Source: a virus (taxonomy: Duplodnaviria; Heunggongvirae; Uroviricota; Caudoviricetes). From it: a stretch of 35,368 nt of DNA. Each line of letters starts with the position of its first letter. The stretch's first letter is position 1. The stretch lies in the IMG/VR virus record IMGVR_UViG_2740892269_000014; one strand, written 5' to 3'. This document shows positions 8,715 to 17,324 of this stretch, piece after piece. The notes beneath the pieces were generated by a model. It searched no databases, had not been told where the DNA came from, and saw nothing but the letters and a program-made list of their open reading frames with translations. The translations under genes were made by a program, and so were the position numbers.

Positions 8715-8894
8715 GTGCAGGAACTTAACCGCTGGTTTCGTGACGGAAGAGGACTTTATGTTCATGTTATTCGTTGGGAGCCAGAAACACAGCGCGTTAT
8801 CTATCTTCGCAAAGACTACCCGCATGAGTGCTTTAGTCCTTTGTGGAAATTCAGGCGTGATTTTGTTGAGTGTGAAGGACCACCAGCACATTGA
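8715..8894 (+). CDS. possible small protein (59 aa, GTG start)
   Basis: Frame-0 ORF reading VQELNRWFRDGRGLYVHVIRWEPETQRVIYLRKDYPHECF...; G-rich stretch upstream; below the ORF-track cutoff; uncertain. Confidence 0.25.
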   Translation: MQELNRWFRDGRGLYVHVIRWEPETQRVIYLRKDYPHECFSPLWKFRRDFVECEGPPAH

Positions 8895-9168
8895 TTCTGC
8901 CATTCCGGGACGTTACACTGTTCAGGCACCTTATAAAGCGGGTGCCGGGATTGGCGTCCTGGAATTGCATACGGCGACAATTGGCGCGTTAGCGTCTTTT
9001 TTGTTGCTACAACTCAGCTATACCCAAATTATGGTGGGCTGGGTGGGGGCACCGAAAGGTGCGCCGGTTTCCGTATGCGCCGGTTACGCCAACCCTGCTC
9101 AGTTCACCACCAGCGAAATTGGCGTTTCCGGTGGTGGAAGTTATCCATTGCATACGGAGGCTGCCATC

Positions 9169-9714
9169 ATGGCTACGATCCCTGCCTTAGTTCAACCTGA
9201 ACTTTGCATTATTGCAGACAAAGTTGTTACTTCTTCTCTGGCTGTTGCTAGTTATTTCGGCAAACAACACAAAAACGTCATTCAAAAAATTGCGTCTCTT
9301 GAATGCTCTGCCGAATTTACTGAGCTGAATTTCCAGCTCAGTGAGTACATCGACGCATCAGGCCGCAAACTACCTTGCTATCAAATAACCCGCGACGGCT
9401 TTGCGTTTCTTGCTATGGGTTTCACGGGTAAACGTGCTGCCCAGTTCAAAGAGGCATACATCAATGCCTTTAACCAGATGGAGAAACAGCTTTCAAAGCC
9501 CGCTGTACCGAGCGACGTTGCACATAACGCCAGCGTTCTCTGTTCCTACATTTCATCAATTCATCAGGTCTGGCTGCAGCAGCTTTATCCTATGTTGGCA
9601 AAAGCCGAATCTCCGCTGGCTGTTAGCTTATATGACTATATTAATGATGCTTCGGCGCTGGCCTGCCTCATAAATTTGTCGCTGAACCCTTCAGAGGTAA
9701 GGGGGCGCAAATGA
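9169..9714 (+). CDS. Rha-family phage regulatory protein
   Basis: Start at MATIPALVQ with GGAGG RBS (9156-9160); Rha-like motif VVTSSLAVASYFGKQHKNVIQKI. The upstream part of ORF 8566..9714 is judged non-coding. Confidence 0.6.
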   Translation: MATIPALVQPELCIIADKVVTSSLAVASYFGKQHKNVIQKIASLECSAEFTELNFQLSEYIDASGRKLPCYQITRDGFAFLAMGFTGKRAAQFKEAYINAFNQMEKQLSKPAVPSDVAHNASVLCSYISSIHQVWLQQLYPMLAKAESPLAVSLYDYINDASALACLINLSLNPSEVRGRK

Positions 9715-9935
9715 TCCGGAATATTTTCAAACGTTTTACCAATCAGACTTTCCGTTGTCCTCGTCCGGGTCAGTGGTACACCACGCCTGCAGGGCATGTT
9801 CTACGTGTTAGCCTGGTTGACCGTGAATGTCAGAAGGTGATTTGTGAACCGCTGGGCCGTAATTACCGCGTCAGTATGCCGCTTATAGCCTTTCGCTCCG
9901 GAAAAAACATGAAGCATCTCGGAGGTGCAGCATGA
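9711..9935 (+). CDS. hypothetical small protein
   Basis: 74-aa ORF with ATGA overlaps at both ends. Confidence 0.4.
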   Translation: MIRNIFKRFTNQTFRCPRPGQWYTTPAGHVLRVSLVDRECQKVICEPLGRNYRVSMPLIAFRSGKNMKHLGGAA

Positions 9936-10750
9936 GTATGGAGCTGATGGTTAAAGCGATGAAAATTCGAGTGGGTAATCCATTGCGAAAACTGGTTCTG
10001 ATCAAGCTGGCTGATAATGCCAGCGATCAGGGTGAGTGCTGGCCCAGCTACCAGCATATTGCTGACCAGTGCGAGATTAGCAAACGTTCTGTGATGAATC
10101 ATATTGCGGCCCTCTGTGAGTCCGGGCTGGTAAAAAAAGTCACCCGGAAAGGTGAAAAAGGTAACTCAAGTAATATCTATCTTCTTCATCTTGATGGTGC
10201 AGGAGATTCACTAGGGGGTAGTGCAAATAATTCACTATCTGGTGCAGCAAATTCACCAGGTAGTGCAGGAGTTGCACCAGGGGGTAGTGCAGGAGATTCA
10301 CCCAGAACCAGTCACTCTTTTGAACCAGTCAAAGAACCAGTCAATGAACCAATAGCTGTTGGTGCATCAGTTGATGAGTCCGTGCGAGTTCGTTCAAACC
10401 GACCGGAATACTCTCCGGAGTTTGAGCAGGCATGGCTGGCATATCCCAAACGTGCTGGTGGCAATTCAAAATCTGCAGCCTTCAAAGCCTGGAAAGCCCG
10501 TTTGAATGAGGGAGTAAACCCCGAAACCATGCTGGAAGGTGTGAAACGCTACGCGGGCTGGGTATCTGCGATGGGTAACAGCGGCACACAATTTGTGAAA
10601 CAGGCTGTCACGTTCTTTGGTCCGGATCGTCATTTCGAAGAATCCTGGGAAGTTCCTGCGGTATCTGCAGCCAGACGTGAGGACCCGTACTTCAAAGCCA
10701 GTTACGACAACGTGGACTACAGCCAGATCCCGGCAGGATTCAGGGGGTGA
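9932..10750 (+). CDS. replication initiation protein (N-terminal winged HTH, C-terminal DnaT-like region) with internal origin repeats
   Basis: N-terminal motif LIKLADNASDQGECWPSYQHIADQCEISKRSVMNHIAAL; a low-complexity G/S/A linker is encoded by the iteron array; C-terminal motif AWLAYPKRAGGNSKSAAFKAWKARL. Confidence 0.55.
   Translation: MSMELMVKAMKIRVGNPLRKLVLIKLADNASDQGECWPSYQHIADQCEISKRSVMNHIAALCESGLVKKVTRKGEKGNSSNIYLLHLDGAGDSLGGSANNSLSGAANSPGSAGVAPGGSAGDSPRTSHSFEPVKEPVNEPIAVGASVDESVRVRSNRPEYSPEFEQAWLAYPKRAGGNSKSAAFKAWKARLNEGVNPETMLEGVKRYAGWVSAMGNSGTQFVKQAVTFFGPDRHFEESWEVPAVSAARREDPYFKASYDNVDYSQIPAGFRG
10196..10352 (+). repeat. candidate replication origin: five iterons plus three GAACCAGTCA repeats
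   Basis: Five about 19-bp direct repeats, GGT(A)GTGCAGGAGATTCAC-like, begin at 10196, 10217, 10241, 10259, 10283; GAACCAGTCA at 10305, 10322, 10334. Confidence 0.5.
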
Positions 10751-10752
10751 TC

Positions 10753-11241
10753 ATGAGTCTTTTGAATGAAGTTCAGAAATTCATTGAAGCCCATCCGGGG
10801 TGTACTTCCGGAGACATTGCGGATGCTTTTGCAGGTTACTCACGGCAGCGCGTTCTGCAGTCAGCAAGCAAGTTACGTCAGAGTGGGCGTGTGGCTCACC
10901 GTTGTGAAGGAGATACACGCAGACATTTCCCACGCCTGACTGAGAGAGCGCAGGAGCCGGAACCACAACCAGTTCGTGAAACCAAACCTGTGCGCAATTT
11001 CTATGTCGGCACTAACGATCCCCGGGTGATTTTGTGCCTGACCCGCCAGGCTGAAGAGCTGGAGTCCAGGGGGTTATACCGTCGTGCTGCAACGGTGTGG
11101 ATGGCGGCATTCCGAGAAAGCCACTCCCAGCCAGAACGAAACAATTTTCTGGCACGTCGTGAGCGGTGCTTACGGAAAAGCAGCAAGCGCGCTGCATCGG
11201 GTGAAGAGTGGTATCTGTCAGGGAATTACGTGGGGGCTTAA
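10753..11241 (+). CDS. PerC-like transcriptional regulator (putative)
   Basis: 163-aa ORF; C-terminal LESRGLYRRAATVWMAAF resembles the PerC-family motif; ATGA-type coupling upstream. Confidence 0.4.
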   Translation: MSLLNEVQKFIEAHPGCTSGDIADAFAGYSRQRVLQSASKLRQSGRVAHRCEGDTRRHFPRLTERAQEPEPQPVRETKPVRNFYVGTNDPRVILCLTRQAEELESRGLYRRAATVWMAAFRESHSQPERNNFLARRERCLRKSSKRAASGEEWYLSGNYVGA

Positions 11242-11894
11242 TGAGTAATAAATATTGCCGGGCGCTGGTGGAACTGCGGAACAAACCAGCCCATGAACTG
11301 AAGGAAGTGGGCGATCAGTGGCGCACGCCGGACAACATTTTCTGGGGAATTAACACCCTGTTTGGCCCGTTTGTTCTGGATCTGTTCACCGACGGTGATA
11401 ACGCCAAATGTACCGCGTATTACACGGCGGAAGACAACGCGCTGGCGCATGACTGGTCAGAACGTCTTGCGGAGCTTAAAGGTGCTGCCTTTGGTAATCC
11501 CCCATACAGCCGCGCCAGTCAGCATGAGGGGCAATACATCACCGGCATGCGTTACATCATGAAACATGCCAGTGCCATGCGTGATAAAGGCGGGCGCTAT
11601 GTTTTCCTGATCAAAGCTGCCACCAGCGAAGTGTGGTGGCCGGAAGATGCAGATCATATTGCTTTTATTCGCGGGCGTATTGGTTTTGAACTGCCTGCCT
11701 GGTTTATCCCGAAAGACGAGAAGCAGGTGCCGACAGGCGCTTTCTTCGCTGGTGCTATTGCTGTTTTCGACAAGACCTGGAAGGGACCGGCAATCAGCTA
11801 CATCGGGCGCGATGAACTTGAGGCATGTGGTGAGGCGTTTCTGGCGCAGGTTCGCCAGCAGGCGGAAAAACTGGTCAGGGAGATGGCGGCATGA
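11241..11894 (+). CDS. phage Dam-type DNA N6-adenine methyltransferase
   Basis: Catalytic NPPY motif (AAFGNPPYS); TAATG overlap with the upstream gene. Confidence 0.7.
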   Translation: MSNKYCRALVELRNKPAHELKEVGDQWRTPDNIFWGINTLFGPFVLDLFTDGDNAKCTAYYTAEDNALAHDWSERLAELKGAAFGNPPYSRASQHEGQYITGMRYIMKHASAMRDKGGRYVFLIKAATSEVWWPEDADHIAFIRGRIGFELPAWFIPKDEKQVPTGAFFAGAIAVFDKTWKGPAISYIGRDELEACGEAFLAQVRQQAEKLVREMAA

Positions 11895-12217
11895 CGACGT
11901 TAACTCAATGCCAGCAGCAGGTGCTGGATATGCTGATTTCTTACCAGAAAGAACGTGGCTTCCCGCCAACCAATCAGGAGGTGGCAACCATGCTGGGATA
12001 CCGTTCAGTGAATGCAGCGGTGGAGCATCTTCGCGCACTGGAGAAAAAAGGCGTCATCACGATAAAGCGTGGCGTGGCCCGGGGGATAACGCTTCATACT
12101 GCGATGAAGGACGACGACAGCGAGGCGGTCGGGATTATCCGCTCACTGCTTGCCGGTGAGGAAAACGCCAGGCTGCGTGCAACCCACTGGTTACATGAGA
12201 GGGGCCTGAAAGTATGA
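11891..12217 (+). CDS. LexA N-terminal DNA-binding-domain-like protein lacking the S24 peptidase domain
   Basis: 108-aa ORF; motif QEVATMLGYRSVNAAVEHLRALEKKGVI matches the LexA winged-helix domain; ATGA overlaps on both sides. Confidence 0.55.
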   Translation: MTTLTQCQQQVLDMLISYQKERGFPPTNQEVATMLGYRSVNAAVEHLRALEKKGVITIKRGVARGITLHTAMKDDDSEAVGIIRSLLAGEENARLRATHWLHERGLKV

Positions 12218-12630
12218 AGCTGATCTTGCCTTTCCCGCCCAGCGTGAACACGTACTGGCGACACCCCAACAAAGGGGCGTTTGCAGGTAAGAGCCTGATA
12301 AGCGCGGCGGGGCGCAAATTCCAGAGCGCGGCGTGTGCAGCAATAGTTGAGCAGTTACGTCGTCTGCCAAAACCAACGTCGGCACCTGCTTCAGTGGAGA
12401 TCGTGTTGTTTCCTCCGGATAACCGGATCCGCGATCTGGACAACTATAACAAGGCGCTGTTTGACGCCCTGACCCACGCGGGTGTGTGGGAAGACGACAG
12501 TCAGGTGAAAAGAATGCTGGTGGAGTGGGGACCGGTTATGCCGGAAGGGAAGGTCGAGATCACTATCAGTAAGTACGAGAAAACGGCGGGTGCAGCCGCC
12601 AGATCAAGAGGAGAAACGAAGTATGAATAA
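12214..12630 (+). CDS. rusA: RusA-family Holliday junction resolvase
   Basis: 138-aa ORF with RusA-like motifs (LPFPPSVNTYWRH; RDLDNYNKALFDALTHAGVWEDDSQV). Confidence 0.8.
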   Translation: MKLILPFPPSVNTYWRHPNKGAFAGKSLISAAGRKFQSAACAAIVEQLRRLPKPTSAPASVEIVLFPPDNRIRDLDNYNKALFDALTHAGVWEDDSQVKRMLVEWGPVMPEGKVEITISKYEKTAGAAARSRGETKYE

Positions 12631-13432
12631 TCTGATGGTCATTGATGGTATTGAAGTTCGTCGTGATGCTTATGGGCGTTACAGTCTGAACGATCTGCAT
12701 CGCGCAGCAGTAGCATCTGGTGCAAATGCCAGAACCAAGGAGCCAGGAAAGTTTCTTTCCAGCCAACAAACTGTTGAGCTTGTTCATGAATTGACCAACA
12801 CCCAGAATTTGGGTGTTGACCCGGTGAGTGTGATTCATGGGGGAAATGAACGGGGAACGTATGTCTGCAAGGAACTGGTGTATGCCTATGCAATGTGGAT
12901 CAGCCCGTCATTCCATCTGAAGGTGATCCGTACTTTCGACATGGTAACCAGCGCACCGGAAAAATTATCCGGACAGGCTGCTGACAAGATGCAGGCTGGT
13001 GTGATTCTGCTGGACTTTATGCGCCGGGAATTAAACCTGTCTAACTCTTCAGTGCTTGGTGCCTGTCAGAAACTCCAGGAGGCTGTTGGCTTACCGAATC
13101 TGGCACCGCGCTATGCCATTGATGCTCCTGCTGACGCGCCTGATGGCTCAAGTCGCCCCACGCTGTCGCTGAGTGCACTGCTGAAACAGTATGGTATCCG
13201 CCTGACGGCTAATCAGGCATATCACCAGATGGTGAAGCTAGGGATCGTTGAACAACGCGAACGATACAGCCGTACCGCGATTAACAACATCAAAAAATTC
13301 TGGTCGCTGACGGCGAAAGGCTGCATGTTCGGCAAGAACATCACCAGTCCCGCAAATCCGCGCGAGACGCAGCCGCATTTCTTCGAATCCCGATTCCCTG
13401 AGCTGTTAAAGTTGCTCGATACCGTTCATTGA
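12623..13432 (+). CDS. KilA-N domain protein
   Basis: Start at MNNLMVIDGIEVRRDAYGRYSLNDLHRAA (KilA-N-like) with GGAG RBS; overlaps the RusA stop. Confidence 0.55.
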   Translation: MNNLMVIDGIEVRRDAYGRYSLNDLHRAAVASGANARTKEPGKFLSSQQTVELVHELTNTQNLGVDPVSVIHGGNERGTYVCKELVYAYAMWISPSFHLKVIRTFDMVTSAPEKLSGQAADKMQAGVILLDFMRRELNLSNSSVLGACQKLQEAVGLPNLAPRYAIDAPADAPDGSSRPTLSLSALLKQYGIRLTANQAYHQMVKLGIVEQRERYSRTAINNIKKFWSLTAKGCMFGKNITSPANPRETQPHFFESRFPELLKLLDTVH

Positions 13433-13433
13433 G

Positions 13434-14429
13434 GTGACCGTGAGAGCACTACTGACCCCTGAAATTGCCCCGCGTATGGGGATCGTATTGTTCAGGCCAG
13501 GTTCAGAGCTGATGCCCCTGTTTATGCAGGGGCGTGTCCTGCTGGAGCCTGAGCCGGAACGTTATTCATCTTTCGCCAGTGGTGCCGTTCCGGCGGCATC
13601 ACAACCGCTGGCGGATGATCCTGCCGTTCGGGCCGTGTTCCGCAATGAGGCAGTGATCCGTCGTGCTGGTGGCGTGGAATGTCTTGAAAGCTGGTTACTT
13701 CGTGAAAAAGGCTGCCAGTGGCCTCATTCCGACTGGCACAGCGAGAACATGACAACAATGCGACACGCGCCGGGCGCAATCCGTCTGTGCTGGCACTGCG
13801 ATAACCAGCTGCGCGATCAGTTCACGGAACGGCTGGAATCAATGGCAACGGATAACTGTGCCCGCTGGGTGTTGTCTGTTGTGCGTCGGGATCTCGGTTT
13901 TGATGATAGTCACGTTGTGACAATGCCGGAACTGTGCTGGTGGCTGATTCGGAATGACCTGGCGGATGCCTTACCGGAAAGTGCAGCCCGTAAGGCACTG
14001 AGATTACCGAAGCCTGTTGTGCCGTCTGTCACCCGGGAAAGTGACCTTGTGCCTTCGGTTCCTGCCACCAGCATCATCCAGGATAAGGCGAAAAAGGTGC
14101 TGGCGCTGAAAGTGGATCCGGAGTCGCCGGAGTCTTTTATGTTACGCCCAAAACGTCGCCGCTGGGTTAATGAAAAGTACACGCGCTGGGTTAAGACACA
14201 GCCGTGTGCATGTTGTGGAAAGCCCGCTGATGATCCCCACCACCTGATAGGTCACGGTCAGGGTGGAATGGGAACAAAAGCGCATGACCTTTTTGTGTTG
14301 CCTTTGTGCAGAAAGCATCACGACGAGCTGCATGCGGATACCGTGGCATTTGAAGAGAAGTATGGCTCCCAGCTGGAGCTGATATTTCGTTTTATCGATC
14401 GTGCGCTGGCAATTGGCGTGCTGGCCTGA
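13434..14429 (+). CDS. DUF968 protein (Cys/His-rich, HNH-like C-terminus)
   Basis: C-terminal motif [43 protein letters not shown]; GTG start (13434 or 13440). Confidence 0.6.
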   Translation: MTVRALLTPEIAPRMGIVLFRPGSELMPLFMQGRVLLEPEPERYSSFASGAVPAASQPLADDPAVRAVFRNEAVIRRAGGVECLESWLLREKGCQWPHSDWHSENMTTMRHAPGAIRLCWHCDNQLRDQFTERLESMATDNCARWVLSVVRRDLGFDDSHVVTMPELCWWLIRNDLADALPESAARKALRLPKPVVPSVTRESDLVPSVPATSIIQDKAKKVLALKVDPESPESFMLRPKRRRWVNEKYTRWVKTQPCACCGKPADDPHHLIGHGQGGMGTKAHDLFVLPLCRKHHDELHADTVAFEEKYGSQLELIFRFIDRALAIGVLA

Positions 14430-14446
14430 TTTTGTGGAGAAAGTTG

Positions 14447-14812
14447 ATGCGTGATATTCAAATGGTTCTTGAACGTTGGGGGGCATGGGTGGCAAATAAT
14501 CACGAGGATGTCACTTGGTCGTCTATTGCTGCAGGATTTAAAGGACTAATCCCTTCAAAAGTAAAATCCCGCCCGCAATGTTGTGACGATGACGCGATGA
14601 TCATTTGTGGATGCATGGCTCGCCTGAAAAAGAACAACAGCGATTTGCACGATTTATTAGTGGATTATTATGTAGGTGGTATGACGTTTATGGCGCTTGC
14701 CCGTAAACATGGGCGTTCTGATTGCTGGGTTGGGCGTTTATTGCAAAAGGCTGAAGGTGTAGTTGATGGCATGTTAATGATGTTAGAAATTGAGCTAGAG
14801 ATGGATCGTTAG
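14447..14812 (+). CDS. Q: late-gene antiterminator Q-like protein
   Basis: Start [22 protein letters not shown] with GGAG RBS; Cys-rich motif [18 protein letters not shown] typical of Q-family antiterminators; sits immediately upstream of the late region. Confidence 0.6.
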   Translation: MRDIQMVLERWGAWVANNHEDVTWSSIAAGFKGLIPSKVKSRPQCCDDDAMIICGCMARLKKNNSDLHDLLVDYYVGGMTFMALARKHGRSDCWVGRLLQKAEGVVDGMLMMLEIELEMDR

Positions 14813-14854
14813 AAGACCTCTTATTGAGAGGGTAATTGAATCAGTTTAATGTGT

Positions 14855-14885
14855 GGGGAGTCGATTTATTCTCCCCATTTTATTT
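14855..14885 (+). terminator. hairpin plus T-rich tract downstream of Q
   Basis: ggggag-N10-ctcccc stem followed by ATTTTATTT. Confidence 0.4.
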
Positions 14886-14896
14886 AATTAATTTAC

Positions 14897-15343
14897 TTAA
14901 GGTTTTAATTCATCAAGACGTTGTTGGATAGTGTTTTTGCTTGCGTTGTCTGTTATAGCCATTTGTTGTACTTGCCCCATTGCCATTTGAGTTTCCATCC
15001 ACATATCGGCCCACACTTTTGTATCGTTATTAACTTGAGCGATAGTAAATCTGACTTTTGATACCGGGGTTGTTGAATAGGCATTGCCGATTAACATTTG
15101 TCCAAAAACAGCAGACCCGCCTTCCAGTTCTTTACCACATATAACACTGCTGTTATCCGCGTTGTAAATTATCAACCCTCTACTATTGCAGTAATTCACA
15201 AGGGCATCTTTGACTTTATCTTTTGTCGTATTTTGATAAACCCCCTCAGGTTTTCCTGATTGAGTTTTCTTTATCAATGGTACGGAAGAAGTACAACCTG
15301 AAATGATAGTTGCGCTAAGTAATAGTACAGTCATTTTATTCAT
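14897..15343 (-). CDS. lipoprotein (moron), unknown function
   Basis: 148-aa ORF with a signal peptide and lipobox (LLLSATIISGC); AT-rich; oriented antisense to the flanking phage operons. Confidence 0.6.
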   Translation of the reverse strand: MNKMTVLLLSATIISGCTSSVPLIKKTQSGKPEGVYQNTTKDKVKDALVNYCNSRGLIIYNADNSSVICGKELEGGSAVFGQMLIGNAYSTTPVSKVRFTIAQVNNDTKVWADMWMETQMAMGQVQQMAITDNASKNTIQQRLDELKP

Positions 15344-15408
15344 GTTTCTTATCCATTGTTAAGGGCATACCTACACAATTATTTTTATTGGAGATGAATA
15401 ATCAACCG

Positions 15409-15492
15409 TTTACAATCGTAAAAAATCAAATATGCTGTTAAGAGTGGTTACTTCGCCACACAACTTAAACCCGCCGCTGAGCGGTTTTTTTG
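15409..15492 (+). promoter_or_regulatory. candidate late promoter with a short terminated leader (pR'/tR'-like)
   Basis: -35 TTTACA (15409-15414), 16-nt spacer, -10 TATGCT (15431-15436); weak hairpin plus T7 tract at 15468-15491. Confidence 0.3.
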
Positions 15493-15613
15493 TACCTGTA
15501 AACTTGGTGCAGTACAGTAAACACGCTGGTGGTCGTGAATACTGACTTTTTATCTTGCTGGCTTTTTAGACAAGAGTTATTGGTATGTCATGTTAACCAG
15601 AAGGGAAAAAGAC

Positions 15614-15696
15614 ATGCTAAAACAGCAAGATATGACAGAAACCGCCGCCGCAGTCCTTCATTTCTTACCTGCTGACAAGTGGGTAACGCCACGCAT
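15614..15696 (+). CDS. hypothetical late protein, 5' fragment truncated by an N run
   Basis: ATG at 15614 with AAGGG RBS; the ORF (MLKQQDMTETAAAVLHFLPADKWVTPR) runs into the N block. Confidence 0.3.
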
Positions 15697-15963
15697 NNNN
15701 NNNNNNNNNNNNNNNNNNNNNNNNNNNNNNNNNNNNNNNNNNNNNNNNNNNNNNNNNNNNNNNNNNNNNNNNNNNNNNNNNNNNNNNNNNNNNNNNNNNN
15801 NNNNNNNNNNNNNNNNNNNNNNNNNNNNNNNNNNNNNNNNNNNNNNNNNNNNNNNNNNNNNNNNNNNNNNNNNNNNNNNNNNNNNNNNNNNNNNNNNNNN
15901 NNNNNNNNNNNNNNNNNNNNNNNNNNNNNNNNNNNNNNNNNNNNNNNNNNNNNNNNNNNNNNN
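15697..15963. other. N run (assembly gap or masked sequence), 267 nt
   Basis: Contiguous n characters. Confidence 1.
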
Positions 15964-15989
15964 CCTACCAGAGTTACGCTTACTGATCC

Positions 15990-17042
15990 ATGAAAAATAC
16001 TGTAAAAATAAACAGTGTTGATTTAATCAACGCTGATTGCCTGCATTTTATTCAGTCCCTGCCTGATGATTCCATTGACCTGATTGTTACCGATCCGCCT
16101 TACTTCAAGGTGAAACCCAACGGTTGGGACAATCAGTGGAAAGGGGACGAAGATTACCTTAAGTGGCTGGACCACTGTCTGGCCCAGTTCTGGCGGGTGT
16201 TAAAACCTGCCGGAAGCCTTTACCTGTTCTGTGGGCATCGTCTGGCATCTGATATTGAGATCATGATGCGTGAACGTTTCAACGTGCTTAACCATATCAT
16301 CTGGGCGAAGCCGTCCGGACGTTGGAATGGGTGTAATAAAGAAAGTCTGCGCGCATATTTTCCTGCCACAGAGCGCGTTCTGTTTGCTGAACATTACCAG
16401 GGGCCATATCGCGGCAAAAGTGACGGCTATGCGGCAAAAGAAAGGGAACTCAAACAGCACATAATGGCACCGCTGATATCGTATTTCAGGGATGCTCGTG
16501 CCGAACTGGGTATAACGGCAAAACAAATTGCCGAAGCCACAGGTAAGAAAAATATGGTTTCCCACTGGTTTGGTGCCAGTCAGTGGCAGTTGCCGAATGA
16601 GGCTGACTATCGGAAGTTACAGGCACTGTTTTCCCGTATAGCGGCAGAGAAGTTTCAGGAACAACAACTGGAACAACCACACCACCAGCTGGTGGCATCT
16701 TATGATTCACTGAATCGCAAATATTCTGAATTGCTGGATGAGTTTAAATCTCTCCGGCGCTATTTCTCCGTATCAGTCTCCGTGCCTTATACCGATGTCT
16801 GGATGCATAAACCCGTTCAGTTCTACCCGGGTAAACATCCGTGTGAGAAACCTGCGGATATGCTCCGGCAAATAATCAATGCCAGTAGTCGACCTGGTGA
16901 TCTGGTTGCTGATTTTTTTATGGGATCCGGTTCCACAATAAAAGCAGCAATGGCGCTGGGGCGTCGGGCCTTAGGTGTTGAGCTTGAGTCAGAGCGGTTT
17001 AACCAGACAGTGAAAGAGATAAACGAGCTGGTGGGGAAATAA
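15990..17042 (+). CDS. orphan DNA methyltransferase (N6-adenine/N4-cytosine class, beta architecture)
   Basis: N-terminal DPPY catalytic motif (IVTDPPYF) and C-terminal AdoMet-binding motif (FMGSGST); no adjacent restriction endonuclease. Confidence 0.7.
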   Translation: MKNTVKINSVDLINADCLHFIQSLPDDSIDLIVTDPPYFKVKPNGWDNQWKGDEDYLKWLDHCLAQFWRVLKPAGSLYLFCGHRLASDIEIMMRERFNVLNHIIWAKPSGRWNGCNKESLRAYFPATERVLFAEHYQGPYRGKSDGYAAKERELKQHIMAPLISYFRDARAELGITAKQIAEATGKKNMVSHWFGASQWQLPNEADYRKLQALFSRIAAEKFQEQQLEQPHHQLVASYDSLNRKYSELLDEFKSLRRYFSVSVSVPYTDVWMHKPVQFYPGKHPCEKPADMLRQIINASSRPGDLVADFFMGSGSTIKAAMALGRRALGVELESERFNQTVKEINELVGK

Positions 17043-17046
17043 TCTG

Positions 17047-17073
17047 GTGGCCACGTAGGTGGCCTTTTTATTT
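17047..17073 (+). terminator. intrinsic terminator between the methyltransferase and the holin
   Basis: ggccac-gtag-gtggcc hairpin followed by TTTTTATTT; duplicated at 18003-18029. Confidence 0.5.
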
Positions 17074-17108
17074 CCATTACACAGCACCCGCATCTGCGAG
17101 GTGGGGTT

Positions 17109-17324
17109 ATGAAATCCATGGATAAGTTAACAACGGGTGTCGCCTATGGCACCTCAGCAGGTAGTGCCGGGTACTGGTTTTTACAGTTGCTCGATAAAGT
17201 CACGCCCTCACAGTGGGCGGCAATAGGTGTGCTGGGTAGTCTGGTATTTGGCTTGCTGACGTATCTGACAAACCTTTATTTCAAGATTAAAGAAGATAAG
17301 CGTAAGGCTGCGAGAGGTGAATAA
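17109..17324 (+). CDS. class II holin, phage 21 S-type pinholin with dual-start motif (copy 1)
   Basis: 71 aa, MKSMDKL... with Met1 and Met4 starts; closely matches the phage 21 S holin as recalled; ATGA overlap with the endolysin. Confidence 0.8.

Noticed and set aside
9030-9160. GC-rich structured segment considered as a tRNA
   Set aside because: No T-loop (GGTTCGAATCC-like) or cloverleaf arrangement could be recognised by eye.
8566-9168. N-terminal 200 codons of the 382-aa ORF 8566..9714
   Set aside because: At least two reading frames are stop-free across much of this stretch, so the openness is compositional. The translation is not protein-like, and Rha domains start at the N-terminus with a good RBS at 9156-9160.
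10196-10352. Direct repeats considered as a CRISPR array
   Set aside because: The repeats are imperfect 19-mers at about 21-bp spacing inside a coding region with no unique spacers; they fit replication-origin iterons, not CRISPR.
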